Shown piece after piece: positions 1 to 33,634 of a stretch of 64,000 bases of DNA; position 1 is the stretch's first letter; every line of letters begins with the position of its first letter. Under the pieces are notes generated by a model. It saw only the letters and a program-made list of their open reading frames with translations. It searched no databases and was not told where the DNA came from. The translations under genes and the position numbers were made by a program. Source of the DNA: Lingula anatina (taxonomy: Eukaryota > Animalia > Brachiopoda); NCBI GenBank assembly GCA_051362555.1, contig CM120648.1, positions 14,628,587 through 14,692,586 of the forward strand. The letters are read 5' to 3'.

Positions 1-204
1 AAAAAATAAGATAGAAAACAAAAGAATAATATATCTATTTGATGCAATTGAATAAAGCAAAGTCCTGTAAATGCCTTTTTTCTCCAAGCTTAGGTTTTTT
101 TTTAACTGAGAGACTTGAACCCATTTAATGAAAAATAGATTACAATTATTTCTTTCACTTAGGTAAAGTACATTATATTTTAAAGAAATAGTGTCTGTTT
201 GTAG

Positions 205-20010
<19,806 letters not shown>

Positions 20011-23000
20011 ACGGGATCTCCCCCACCCCAGTGCCCTTTACAGCGCCAGCCACCAAGACTGACACTTTTATAAATTAACAGAACACTTGGCATCTTACTC
20101 TATGTTGTTGGTTATAATAATGATGACAGTGGTAATGAAAATCTCACAAACTATTTTACTTAGTGCTGCACACAAATTATCATATTTGTTGTGTTTATGT
20201 AGCAGATGAATTGCTCCGTGCCCATTGACAGCCTCACAGAACAAGGTTTTATAGTTGCTTAAATATCAAAGTTGGAAGTGAGTCATAAGTGTATGATATA
20301 ATAAACTGTACACATATGAAGGAAGAGACTTGAAGGAAAGAAATCCTAAGTCATTTGAAGTGGCATTTAACGGGAAATCCTAGCCGTGTTGTTGAAGTGT
20401 TGACATCGTAAGAAGTCGGGGTTATTGTAAAGGAAAATGCTCCATGAGACCCGGTGTGTACCTGTAAGATGTTTGGAAAATGTCCCATTTAATTAAGAGA
20501 ACTCGATCTCGCGTAATATAGCACTTGAAATGAACAGTGAGAGTGAGGTTATTGCATGGAAAGAGCCATGTTGAATTTGTTCTCAACCCAGTATGGAGCG
20601 AAATGAAGGCATGCAATGTTTAGAGGCGTATAAATAGTGGTGTAATTTAGGAAAGCCTACAAGGCTTAATAAATCAGTGGAATAGACAATTAAATGTTCA
20701 CTATTGTGTATATATATATATGAGATAAAAATATTCCTTCTAGTATTGATATACCTTCACGTGCATAGAATTGTAAGCATCGTGCATGTGGAATGTTCAT
20801 ATAGTCTGTAAGATTGGGGATATACAATGTAAATGTGACCTTCATGTTACACTAGGAACAGTAAACGTAAGCTGCAGAGGAAAAGGAAAATGTGTTATTT
20901 TCTTTGTTAAACTGAGTTGTCATTTTCTATCAAGTTGTATATCAAACTTGCTGTGATTTGATTCTTTTTAAAGTATCAAGGACAAAACTGGTGGTAGATG
21001 GAACTGCAGTTGTGCCTGTTATATGCGAGTTTTGGTAACATGTTTTAGAAACCTGTTATCCCCTTAAAATACTGGTTGTGACGGTCTGCAGTCTCTGCGT
21101 GCCAGCCAGCCTGGCCTGCTCACCTCTGTCAAACTCACATCTGCCCCCGAATGGTGCCGCTGACAACTTTTATATTACGTCAAAGTGCCGTCTCATCGTT
21201 TGAAGAATTGGCAGTATACTTGAGCTACGTGAGGAATCGGGAGAAAATCACTGTAAATTATTGATAATGAATCATCTCAGTGAAACTGATGTGGACGCAG
21301 TGGTGGGAATGAATGGTGAACGGATGTTTTATACTCATTTCATGGGGAAAAATTTATTGAACACCGAATTCAATTATTTTATCAAAATTTAAAGAATTTT
21401 CTTTCAAAATTTCAAATTATAATATCAAAACAGATCCGTTTACTATATTTATCTTCGAAAAGGACGGGAATTTCGTCAGATCCCTAAGAGTGGAATAATT
21501 GAGTACGATAACGGCTTTGATGAGTAGGTATTGAATTTCAGTGGTTTTATTACTTTTGAAGAAATTGCCCTACGGCGATGATTGTCATTTTTCGTACCAT
21601 CTTTAACCCTAAGACAGGAATTGGAAATTATGATGTAGTAAATATCTTTATGAGCATTTGAATTTCGACGTGAAGTAGATATTTCACGTGAAGTATTTTC
21701 ATCTTGATAAAGCTTTACTTGAGATGCACAGTTTCCAATGCAGTGCTGTACCTCACTGATGTATAATCAGCTACCAGTTCCCACACAGCTCGAAATCACG
21801 CGCCGATAATGGCTAAGTTTAATCACTGTCAGCTGAAAAAGAGCCTTTTCAATGTTCTGATAGTAGATACCACTTACTTGTCCATCCCTCCAATTCGTAA
21901 TGAACCGAAAGGACATGATGAAACGAAGCCATGTGGTATTTCTTCACGTAATACTCACTGACTAAATATGGCAGCATTTTGTCAAGTTAATGGTAATAAT
22001 TTGACGTCTACTCGCTTAAAAGGCATCTCTAATGCTGGGTTCTTCATAAGACTGAGGTCTGCTGCTCCTGTTCTGCTGGGACATGATGTGTAAACAATCG
22101 TATTTCGAGGAATATTCCTCTTAGTAATAGCTGGAGATCAAAATTTAAAATCCATGAAAAGCGCGATAGCCTTTAAGGTGGTTGTGATAATTACATTAAA
22201 TGTTTTAACATAAAAGCATGCTTTTCAAGCTGTAAAAAACAAAAAAACGTTTAATAACAAAAACTCGTCGAATCTTTTACACTGGTGTATTTTATTTTTA
22301 CAACTAGGCCAGATGATAAATAGTATTTAAATCACAGCGTGGTGATTAGCATACCAGAAAGAGCACCTAAAGATTCTCATACCTGAATTCCTGGAGCAGT
22401 TGTGTAGAATAAGAATAACAATTATTATTATTATTAAAATATTGCAAAGCTTACATCTTGGTGAAATAGTACTGGATATGGTGTAAATATCGGGTATAAT
22501 GTGGCAATATAAGCCATTAGAACTGCATATAAACATGATAAGATGAGCGTCAAATGTGGTGTACATATCATTACACTGTCAGAGGTATAAAACAATTTAC
22601 AAAACGACGGTTTCATCGGTTGCCAGACTGCGTCACGTTGATTACTCCATATCTCACGGTAATAAACAACTCTGTACCGGGTTGCTGAAGTGCCGCCATT
22701 GTTGGCAATGGGCTCCACCTGTACCTGCTCCCAAGACGGAACAGTTTGTAATTACCTCACTGTTGTCAGCTGCATGGCTGTTCGGTGTGTAGGCGGTTGT
22801 GTCAGAATTACATTGGTTTGTGATCAATGATAATTTCGCGTGCTGTTTTTCTGGTAATGGATGAGCATGACATCTTCAAAGCTGTACAGAAGATAGGATA
22901 CGCTTTCCATCTCTTTCCACGAGTTACCAGCCCATTGTACTGACAACAACACACTGTTTCCCCTCATATATCAAGGAATTCACTTCAAAAGAAACGGAAT

Positions 23001-23320
23001 ATAGACTATATTACTATATTTCCATTTAGTTACTTTCTTCGGCCCCATTTTATTTATTTCCCTCTCCAAACAAAACGTGCATTTTGGGTAAACATCAATT
23101 GGAAGCTGTTGGCTTCAAGTAAATACTGTAAAATAATTCACAATGCATTCAAACTCCATCAAGACCAGTAGTGACTTCAGCAGTTTGAAACTACAAATGA
23201 TAATGGAAAGTACAAGAAGAGAATTGCTCCGCTTCTCCTCCCACTTCCGTCACCTCGACACAAAAACAGGCGTTTCGTACTCCGCTATGGTGGTGAGATT
23301 CTAATTCATGCCCTTAATAT

Positions 23321-23640
23321 CAGGCCTACCCAACTACCAGACTCGGCACCGAATGATCCCGAATTCACCGGTAGATCGGACCACACTACCCGTTTTCAGG
23401 GTGTGCGTCAGTACGCATGTCACAGTACCATACCCGGAAACAAATTTTGAGATGAGATGTACTACTTTCAAACCCCGCTGAAAATCATCACTATCACATC
23501 GCGTACTAGGCAAGAGAGGTGCCACGTCTGATACTTCGAAGCGCATACTGATATATGATACACACCTTGAAAATGGGTATAGTTGTGAGGACCGATCTAC
23601 AGGTGAATTCAGGATCGAGTCTGGTAGTTGGGTAGGCCTG
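23321..23640. mobile_element. MITE, 320 bp, hAT-like CAGG termini
   Basis: 25-bp perfect TIR CAGGCCTACCCAACTACCAGACTCG with imperfect arms to about 95 bp; no clean TSD seen. Confidence 0.85.
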
Positions 23641-24831
23641 AAAATGCTTGGTAAAAGTATAAGGTACAAGTGATGCCCAGTTATTCACAGTAAACTCTTT
23701 AAACTAGAATTAATAATCAATTCAAAGATAACACTTCCAAATGAAAAGAACTGACACCTACTGTAAGCTGTAAAAATAGTTTGTTAACATCGTTTCAAAC
23801 AGCTGCCTTTAAATTATAATAAATTTAACGAGATCGGATGACTGGAGACAGAGCCCTATATGTTTCCATTAATTCTATCCCACCTTTAATAATTGCATAT
23901 TTGTTTACATTTACTTTCTATTGCATTGGTTAAACCTTGGTGATCAATTGTCTGTTCAGGGGACTGGAATCCTGCCGACTCCCTCTTCCACTTAAATATA
24001 AAGTTAATTATCAAACAGAGCAAAAATGCTCTTTTTTCTTCGCTTTCTACAGCATCATAAATTCCTTATCAAATCGAACACAACATTATCTCTGGGTGGC
24101 GTTGAGCTCACATGTACGCACTAACACCAATGATTTTGATGGATTATATATGGGATTACAAGGCTTTTAATTCTGTTGCCTATCGGAAATGATTTTGTGG
24201 CGTAATAAATTACAAACGCGGGCGGTTCACAGTCAGTGCGCCGGCTACAAATTTCCCCACACGTGCTCCACCACGCCGGTATACTAAATTAACAGCAGAA
24301 ATGCCATGAATGGTGTTACATGTTATTAATCTCGCTAAATTTTGTTTTATTCAACACACGTCATCTTAGTCATCTTGATGGAGGCTGAATGGTGCACCTA
24401 GTATCATTCAAAATTTATATAAGAGCCTTTTTGGACGGATCATCTAAATTATTTCTGACACAGAGATTATACCGAGTTACTACACGCCATTATATTTCAG
24501 GTGTTGACAATCACATTTGATGATTAGCAATATAACGTTGAGCGTAAAAAAGAAGGCCCCAGAGAAACTGCAGAATTTGATTGGTTTCATGTGACTCACT
24601 ACTGATGATGGTTATTGTGTACCAATCTTCCTTCAGTCTTCTACTTCCGCTTTGGATTTCCACATTTATGTCATTATGAAATATTGAATTTTTACTGTAT
24701 TCGTAAGATTAGTAACACGTTTTTTTTTTTGGCTTTAGATAACGGCAACTTGTCAGCCGATTTGTGGAGTTAGTTCCAACGGAGAAAATTTTGGAATTAG
24801 CTATTCAAAGCAAACATTATGCAATCATTTA

Positions 24832-24833
<2 letters not shown>

Positions 24834-24879
<46 letters not shown>

Positions 24880-24883
24880 GTGC

Positions 24884-24916
<33 letters not shown>
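24834..24916. repeat. Compound (CT)n(GT)n(GA)n microsatellite
   Basis: Direct. Confidence 0.9.
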
Positions 24917-26048
24917 CGCACGATCGAGTGAGTTTGATAGAGTGTTAACAATAGCGGAAGCAAACAGTTACACGATAACCTTATGTCGCAATAAGCCACA
25001 GGCAGTTAGCACCCAAACACATCATTATATTAATAATACTGAATACTTATTATTCCAACCTGGAATATCAATGAAAGAATCCTCAGCAATCTCCGCGAAC
25101 CCTGACCCCGCCCACTTTGCTCCCTGCATCTCTTCTTTATAGGAGGGCGTATTCGATCCTTCTGCAAATGTCCTTTTACCTCTTGTGTTATTACGCTTTA
25201 TTTCAAAATTATTCTTTCTTCGGTCGACTAATTTCCATTCTGTTAAGTTATACATTGAATAACCCAGAGAAGTACACCAGTCCCTTGAAAACGAACTCAT
25301 CTACAAATAAGAACTAAGTACATGGTCTACCCAAAAAAGGGGCGGTATATGTATTCTAAGGTAACAGATATTTTTAGAGCAAGATGAATGTAAGTATCCA
25401 AGTTTACATGTGTGAAAATGTCAACTGCTGGAAGCGAATATGACCATGTATTAGGAATTTATTTGCACAGAATGCCCAGCTTGGAAATATGCCCCTTGGT
25501 ACCACAAATATACAGTGCTGAAAGTAAATATTTTCCATAGCAAGTCTTCCTCCGCCATAACCTCGAGGTCCAAATACAAGACCATATTTGCTCCTACAGA
25601 ATCAACAATTTCATTATTTCATTATCATTCAGAAATTCGAGACATTTTCCCTGATAAGTTAAGTGCTCCGGCAATGAGGTATAAATAGTGCAGCTTTTGA
25701 TGGTGTTTTTATTTTAAGTCCCCTATTCCATTAAATCTGAAGACAGAAAATTAAAATATAATGGGTTATGAGAGAAGCCACTTAGCTGACGCGTACGGCC
25801 CTGGTGTAGATTATGAGAGTGCTTATTTAGGTTTGTGGCCACTTGAGGTGATGTTTTCTGCTCTCTCTCTCTCTCTCTCTCTCTCTCGCTCTAATAATGG
25901 ATTTTAATAAGCTTATTTTTAATTGCAATCTATCTGCCTATTTGTAGTATTGATTAGAAGTGTGAACAGATGTACATGAACGTATGAGTAAATGTATTGT
26001 GATTAACGTTAGATATTGCAAGAATCTACTACACAGCCCGTGGCCCAC

Positions 26049-26107
26049 CGGCTGTCACTGGCAGTGCTGGCTGTCACTGGCAGTGCTGGCTGTCACTGGG
26101 AGTGCTG
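26049..26107. repeat. 19-bp tandem repeat (GGCTGTCACTGGCAGTGCT) x3
   Basis: Direct. Confidence 0.85.
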
Positions 26108-26950
26108 ACGTGTCCTTAACGTTCTGGTAACTCGGGCATATCGACATCTACTGCAGCATGGGACTGGCTTCAATAACAGATCCGAGAACCTAAACATAGT
26201 TCACTGCTGGTCTTGGAGGTGATGTTCCTGACGCAATACTTAAGTTTACTAGAGATATTTTGCTTGCTATCGGGCGGTGAATCTTGATTTATTGGAACAA
26301 AGTACAACATTAAAGCTCTATGATCTTGGTTGTGTTTCCTACACTTTCCTTTACTGTTCATTGTCATATTCAACTTTGCCTTTTATTCAAACTTCTGTTT
26401 TCAAACGTGTTTACTAGGTCATTTTTTCTATGCTCAAACTTGATATATTTTCATCTGTCACCATGAGTATTTTAAAATTAAAATGCCTATCTACTTAATT
26501 AATCTAGGTTGGGTACAAGTTGTCATGCCTGGAGATCAGTGCTGGTCAGGTTGGAGTACTTTTTACTTTTTTTTGTTAATATCTATAAGTGAATAACGTC
26601 GAAGGGTTCAGATGCACTTGACAATAGCCAGGCATTTGCCGCATACAGTCCTGGTATAGGACTGGCTTGTTGTGTTGAACAGATAATTTCGGCAAACATA
26701 ACATGCGGTGTAAGGTGGAACAGGTAGGACGGTCATTTGGAACTTGGTGGGTGATTTGGAACTTTTGGATTATTTAATTACACTAGCAAAATTTCTAAAT
26801 AATATTTTTTTCACGTAATACACTGTATTTCCCTATATCAATATATTGGTACATAAATATACCCCTAAGTGTGTCATCATGCAGGCAAAACAGTCGCTGA
26901 ATTCTCAAAGAAATTCTCGAAGAAAGTTACGAACAAACAGATCTTCGGTA

Positions 26951-27979
26951 CCATGGCCCATAGGAGCCTACGCGTGCGTCTTTTAGACGCCCCTTTACAT
27001 GCGAAAACGACAAGGCCTATGCCGAGTTCGTCTTTTACTACAGAGCTTTGAGAGCCGAAAATGGCATGGCTGTCTCTTTCGCCACTTACTGAACTCCAGA
27101 GATGCGAGATTAACACGACCCATGTCGCGTTTGTCTCTCAAAAGACACTGTTATAAAACATGAAATAGGCATTACGTGTGATTTTCGCAGCTGAATAAGT
27201 AGACCCTTATAAACGAAGTTGACGTGACCTTAGAGTAATGTCGCTTTCAACTTTTACAAACCTCCAACAAAATCTCCACACAGACGCGCGCGACATGTAC
27301 TATTGGACATGGGTCAGTTGAAAGCGACATTAACCTAAATGGCTCATGTTACTTTCTGCCAATTAATTTGAAACAGAAGGACCGTCTTAAAACCCTTTAT
27401 ATTTGAATCCTTGAAAATAAAAATATGAGGCCATATAATTATTACAAGCAATTAGCCACACTGTTATCTAGATAGCACTAAATTATGATGGGATTCAAAT
27501 GAAAAAAATGTTTTGGGACAGCACAACACTGTTTCAAATTAATTGGATTTGACATATAAGAGTTGGCTGAAAGTAACATGAGCCCTTTAGGTTAATAGGG
27601 TTTCAACTGACCCATGTCCAATAGTACATGTCGCGCGCGTCTGTGTGGAGATAGATTTTGTTGGAGGTTTGTAAGAGTTGAAAGCGACATGACTCTCAAG
27701 TTACGTCAAGTTCGTTTATAAGGGTCTACTTATTCAGCTGCGAAAATCACACGTTATGCCTATTTCATGTTTTATAACAGTGTCATTTGAGAGACGAACG
27801 CGACATGGGTCGTGTCAATCTCGCATCTATGGAGTTCAGTAAATGGCGAAAGAGACACAGCCATGTCATTTTCGGCTCTCAAAGCTCTGTAGTAAAAGAC
27901 GAACTCGGCATAGGCCTTGTCGTTTTCGCATGTAAAGGGGCGTCTACAAGACGCACGCGTAGGCTCCTATGGGCCATGG
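26951..27979. mobile_element. Foldback/palindromic non-autonomous DNA transposon with ~425-bp inverted arms and TA TSD
   Basis: TA|CCATGGCCCATAGGAGCCTACGCGTGCGTC...GACGCACGCGTAGGCTCCTATGGGCCATGG|TA; mirrored ORFs at 26877(-) and 27787(+) share peptide sequence. Confidence 0.9.
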
Positions 27980-30900
27980 TACTTCGGGTTCTGCCAAGTG
28001 ACAACAACTGTGTCGACATAACCATTAACTATAGCAATATTTGTTTATCAAGCGAATACAGAACAATGACAGAGCAGGCTGAAGAACATCGAGTAATAAT
28101 AGCACAGTTTTGATACAGTTGAGATATCGACTTTAAGTTGGTGTAGAACATCTCCAACTACCATCAGCTGCTGGACCTGCCCTAAGCTACAGACTATCTG
28201 GCGCCAGCTTGAACCGGGAAATACTAGAAAACCTATCTCTAAAAACACGTCCATGTTGGGGAGGACAGGGCGGGTCATGCCTTAGACTAAATCCACTTTA
28301 TTAAAATATCACGATTCAGGACTGGGTGGGTCCCTGGCGACGTGGCTTTTGACGGTGCCCCTTGCTGGATAGCTTACACCCACATTTTTAATTCTTAAGT
28401 TATTCGCCTTAGATGTATGAGACGTCTAGTTAAATTTATGATGAGGGTTCCAGTGATTGTAACAAAGCATAATTGAGTTGAGACGTTTCGCCTCCTGTCA
28501 TGCCCCTAAGAGAGTAATGCTCATTTATAAATGTGATGGTGGGTGCGGTGCACTGGCTGTAAATGTCGGTGTGTGCAGGATTCCCTATTCCTGTTTTCAC
28601 ATTTTATGAAATGTGCGCTTCTTTTATTGTTGAATAACCATTGCAGGTAGGTTTCCTTTTTCGAGCAAGATTGATACATTATTATTATTATTATTATGTG
28701 ATGATTCTTGTGACCTTTGGTAATTACTAAGATACCGGAGTCATACCATGATATTATTATTATTATTATTATTTGGGTTGGCCAGAGAAAATATTGACAC
28801 AAAGTGTTGTTGGCAGTCTGTCTGGGTTAAATTCCAAACCATGACAGCATATCACGTTCATTCCAGAGAAGCTGCCTCAATCTACGTGCTAGACAAGCAG
28901 GCCCGCTGATAAAGCTCTGGTTCAGCCGATATTGTTGACGTCATGAAAGCCGTATTCAGTGCAAAACATTGCCGTACTGCATTTGATAAAATAATAATAA
29001 TAAGAGCTCTATGTAATGTTAGGATGTGTTGACTCGGTGTGATTGTCAAGATAGACATACTGTACTGCTTTTATTTGAAACAGAATATGAAAATATGCGT
29101 TCGAACGACGAGTTTTATATCAGGATACCTGAAGTCATATAAATATATTTTATCTAAGCGGTTACTTATCAGGGTAAACAAATGATTTGAAACAGGCATA
29201 TAAGCGTTATCGGTGGATAACGAATGCGAGTAACTTGTGTCAACACACAGGACATACTATCATTGATGAACCAGTGTTTTTGCTGTTGAGAAATTGGTGA
29301 TCAGGTAAAATTGGCTTCGCTTGGCCTTTCTATATGATTTACCCCCAAAGTTGGATCTGCGGTTAGACTGTCCGACGTGCCAGTCACCTACACCAGCGAC
29401 AAGGGACATGTATTCCAATTTTTTGTACAAACTTGGGTCAAGAATCGCACCGGAATGCCGCCCCGCACTCGTGACTTGCAATTGTCAAGTTCATACAACC
29501 AACCCCGACATATAATGTAATTTCTTTTGCTTGGGCCACTTCAGCAGTTCACCCGTCACAGACCACGTGACCTAAATATGCCTATTCATTTTTTGCATAC
29601 TGAGGCGGGTTGTTTTAAAAGGCACTTTTGATGTTTGGATTTTTGTAGAGTTTAGTAACAAGCTAATCACTTTTGTTATATCTCTAGCGAACAGATAAAT
29701 TTTTTTAACAAAACAAAATATGAAGGCCCCCTTCCATGTAAAGTAGGGTTGACAACCTAGATATCCATATAGGTGCTTCACGGTCATCAATATCCGAAGG
29801 ACTTTTAGGTTGAAAGCACAAGAAGTGTCGTCTGCAAGAGTCTTTGAAAATCATTGATGTTAAAATGGGATTTGAGTGTTAACGGTACCTTCTTATTGGT
29901 TTCACGAGGGATGGCGGCGGGAGGTATTGTGTGGGCTATATTAAGTAAGGTACTTAAAAGTGTTTTAGTGGCATGATTTATGACTCAGAAGAGAGTTGGG
30001 TAAGGACAAAAACGAATATCCAAAAGTACTTCAGATCTAAAGGTTTGCACTTCATTGATTTTTCCTTTGCTCCAAGGCATGTGGCTATAATCAATCCGGG
30101 GAAATGTTGGTCATAGAAGAATTAAAACTTAATTATAAATTGAAATGGAGTGCATCCGTTTCAGGACATTCCTCTCTTTTCTTTTTTTAATTTCGTGATT
30201 CGACGACGCAATTAAAAAGTAGTCTGTAAGTAGTAGTCATAATAGACTCCAGAATAGTCGTGGCCATCATGGGCTCAAGGGACTGAATATGTTGCAATAA
30301 AGACCATAAGTCATTCACCCCTTCTGTGTTTGTTTTAGCGGCAATAATCTGTTTAATGAATTGCAGAATTTATAGACATAAATCAGCCTCCTTTTTTGAA
30401 ACAAAATGGCAGATTCAGCCCCAGGCATTTTCCAACTGGAGATAGAATATTAGCCTGAGGTACCAACAATTCATAATTTTCCATTATTTTCTGTTGCAGT
30501 GGGAAGGGAGAGTGAAAATAAGATGATCCAAGGTAAAGACGAAAATAGTTCACATATTATGAGACCAATTTGGCAAAAATGTATATTTCTTGGATGCCAG
30601 GCCTCTGCAGCTTGAAAAATCAAACAGAATTCTGTATGCTTAAAACACGGTATCCGAGATTGCCTTCCACTGACTTGTCACACATAGAAATCGATGACAT
30701 TTAAGCAGGTTCTTTCCTCTGTGTTTTCAAATAGTGTTGTCGTGGATTTTAAAATGGATATGTACTTAAAATTCAGTAATTTCAAAAGCAATTTTAAAAG
30801 CGAAAAAATGTAGTACGTAATAAGTAAAAGTATGACACACAAACAGGCATTATATTCTTATTTTTCTATTTGTAAAAAAAATCATTGTTGAAATTGACGG

Positions 30901-31936
30901 GTTAATTTTCTTCCGTGGATTTGTTTTGGAAAAATGACAGGGCTGCTCCGTCTTTGAATAGAGGTTGTCCGGGTTCTCAACGAGAAGACCACATTTCCCC
31001 GTGATTTTACGAGATCTGCCTTGAGGTGGGGTTAAAATATGGAGACCACAAGGAAGTAGAGCAGCGATTTCTTTACTTGAAAATTAGCTGAAAATTTTTG
31101 AGCTACAGGCTTGTTCTTTTTTCACTTTATAAAGAAAAAGTATTGATATAATATGTACGTACAACTGACGTGAGATTCATTTGCAACCTTTTTGTCACTT
31201 TATGGGAGTGGCATGACTGTTTTGCTTTCAATGAGATCAATGTTGAAAGTAGGTCCATGTATATTCTACAAGCATTGGACATTTGTAAATAAAATAATCC
31301 AGTGCTGTCAAGGGCTTAATTGCTTCATTTTTAGGTTATCATAATTACTAAATTTAAATTTTGAACAACAAAAGCTTCATAACTGCAACTTATTTTTCTT
31401 TATAAATGTTTTACTATTCAACTTTATTTTTAAAGAAGTAAAATAAAATCATTTGACATTTCATTTACTGATGGATTGCATATCAGAACATTAGACTTGC
31501 CTGCATCTTTGTTTTAATTTCACTAAATTTATAGTAACTAGTTCAAAAAGCTCAAATTTGATCATAAAGTTAATTTTCTTCATTTATTTACTTATGAAAA
31601 TGATGCTATAGAACTAGTGGATATCATTCACAAAATGTAAGTTTTATTGTGATCAGATCTGACTTAAATCTGACAGGAAAGATGGCAGAAGAAAGTATTA
31701 AAATGGACAACATATAAGTTGAAATGTTCACAGAATCATTGCATTTTATTGACAGTTATACACAAATACAACAAATAAACACAACATCAAAGGCGAACTT
31801 GTATTTGTGATCCGAGTAAATGATATGAAAAACAGGTGTCATATAGTTATTAAAAAAGTCACTACAGTAACATAAAAATGATACTAGCAAGAAAAATTAT
31901 TTTCTTCATTAAATTACTAGTGCAGTACAATACATA

Positions 31937-31939
<3 letters not shown>

Positions 31940-32004
<65 letters not shown>
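31940..32004. repeat. (TA)n microsatellite
   Basis: Direct. Confidence 0.95.
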
Positions 32005-32006
<2 letters not shown>

Positions 32007-33634
32007 AAATATTTCATTTTAAAGTAATAAAGAAAATGCCTGATACTGTAAGTGACACCCAGGCAAAAATGCCATCTGTTGATTCCTTTTTTGCTGGGAA
32101 AAGATCCACTCTGGGTACAATTTGACCTATGTACTTGAGGATTTTATGGTAAAAGGTCCACTTTTTCAGAAAACGACCCCCCCCCTCTAAAATTGCTGGC
32201 TACGGGCCTGGTTACCGTAAAAGACTATTAATCACAAGTACTAGGGCTGTATTACGTTAATAAACCATGGTGTCCTGTAAACTACACACACAAAACTTAC
32301 TTATTAATATGTCCCTCGACTGTTGATGATAGGTCTATACGGTGATGCCATGAAGCCAGTGACGTGTCGGGTGCTAGTTGTCTGCAGTTGGTCCCTTTCT
32401 TCCTAAAAAATACTGCGACCTGATCTGTACTTTAAATATGTCGGCACTTAGTCCTTTTAATCTGTTCAAGCCCAACTACTTCTCTTTCTTTACTTCACTT
32501 CTCTCGCCAGTCGTGTCTGTCATCCATGGTCATTTTCCTGGTTTTCTCGGTTAGGTTTTACTGCAATGCACCCTATGACACAACATTAGCAATTCGCCAT
32601 TGCGTTGCTCTATCTCAAATTACATGACAACGCCAAATTTTACTCAATGCAATCCTATAACATAAGACTTGTGCACAACCGCGAGAGAAGTTTCAATGGC
32701 AGATTTTAACCCCACCTCTCGTGAAATCTCGCTCCAATCCAGGTCTCGTTTGACGTCATCTGCTGCGCAGATGTTCAAAAAAGGCTATCTCGGATGTTCC
32801 CTATTGTAATCTTAGACTCCAAGCGGAATGGTGTCACTCTAAAGATAACGACATCGAGTGTGCTTCCATGAGCGTTTTTCCACGAATTTTCATATGTTTT
32901 CATCTGTCGGTAAAGGAATGCCATTTTCTTTGAAGAGCTGAATTGCAAAGAGCGCCTTTCACTTTTATGGCACTCCAGTGTTTTATCAATCAGCACATGC
33001 AAGGTTTTTTTCTTTGTGTTCCGAGTAATATTACCTCCAGAAAACCTCCTGCTGCATGAGCCTTCTTAACCAGTTCCGCATATGATCAACATTTGGAGAG
33101 CGTGCACATGTTTATCAAAAATATCTTAAAGTTGAGGGCTTTAGGCACATAGTTTCCGAGAACTGATTTGAGTGTTTCTGTTCTGTCTTTGTAGATAATA
33201 CGGCACGAAGGTTGAAACAAGTTTCCGGTTGTTTTTGCATATAGCTTCTTTATTCTTTATTTATGCACAGTGTGTTTTAACCAATAATGTAATTAAAAAG
33301 TCTTGAAAAGCTTAACATATCTTATAAAAAATATCCGACCATATATTCATGATAAATTTGGTAGAAAATAAAAAAAATCTCTTACTAATAGCACACCGGT
33401 TCAACATCATTATCGCAGCTAGAACGCCTATCTGCAATCATTAGGGATATCTTATACTTAAACAATAAACACTGAAACAGTTAACAGCAATGAAGTTAAT
33501 TAATTAAACAGATAAAAGAAGATGATCCATGCCGCCTCTTCTTTAAAAGATACTTTCTCCAGAACAGCAAGTGTTTTAGCGTGTGTTTACCATGAGAGGG
33601 CCATGTGCTCGTAATCCCGTGAAACACTGGGAGT

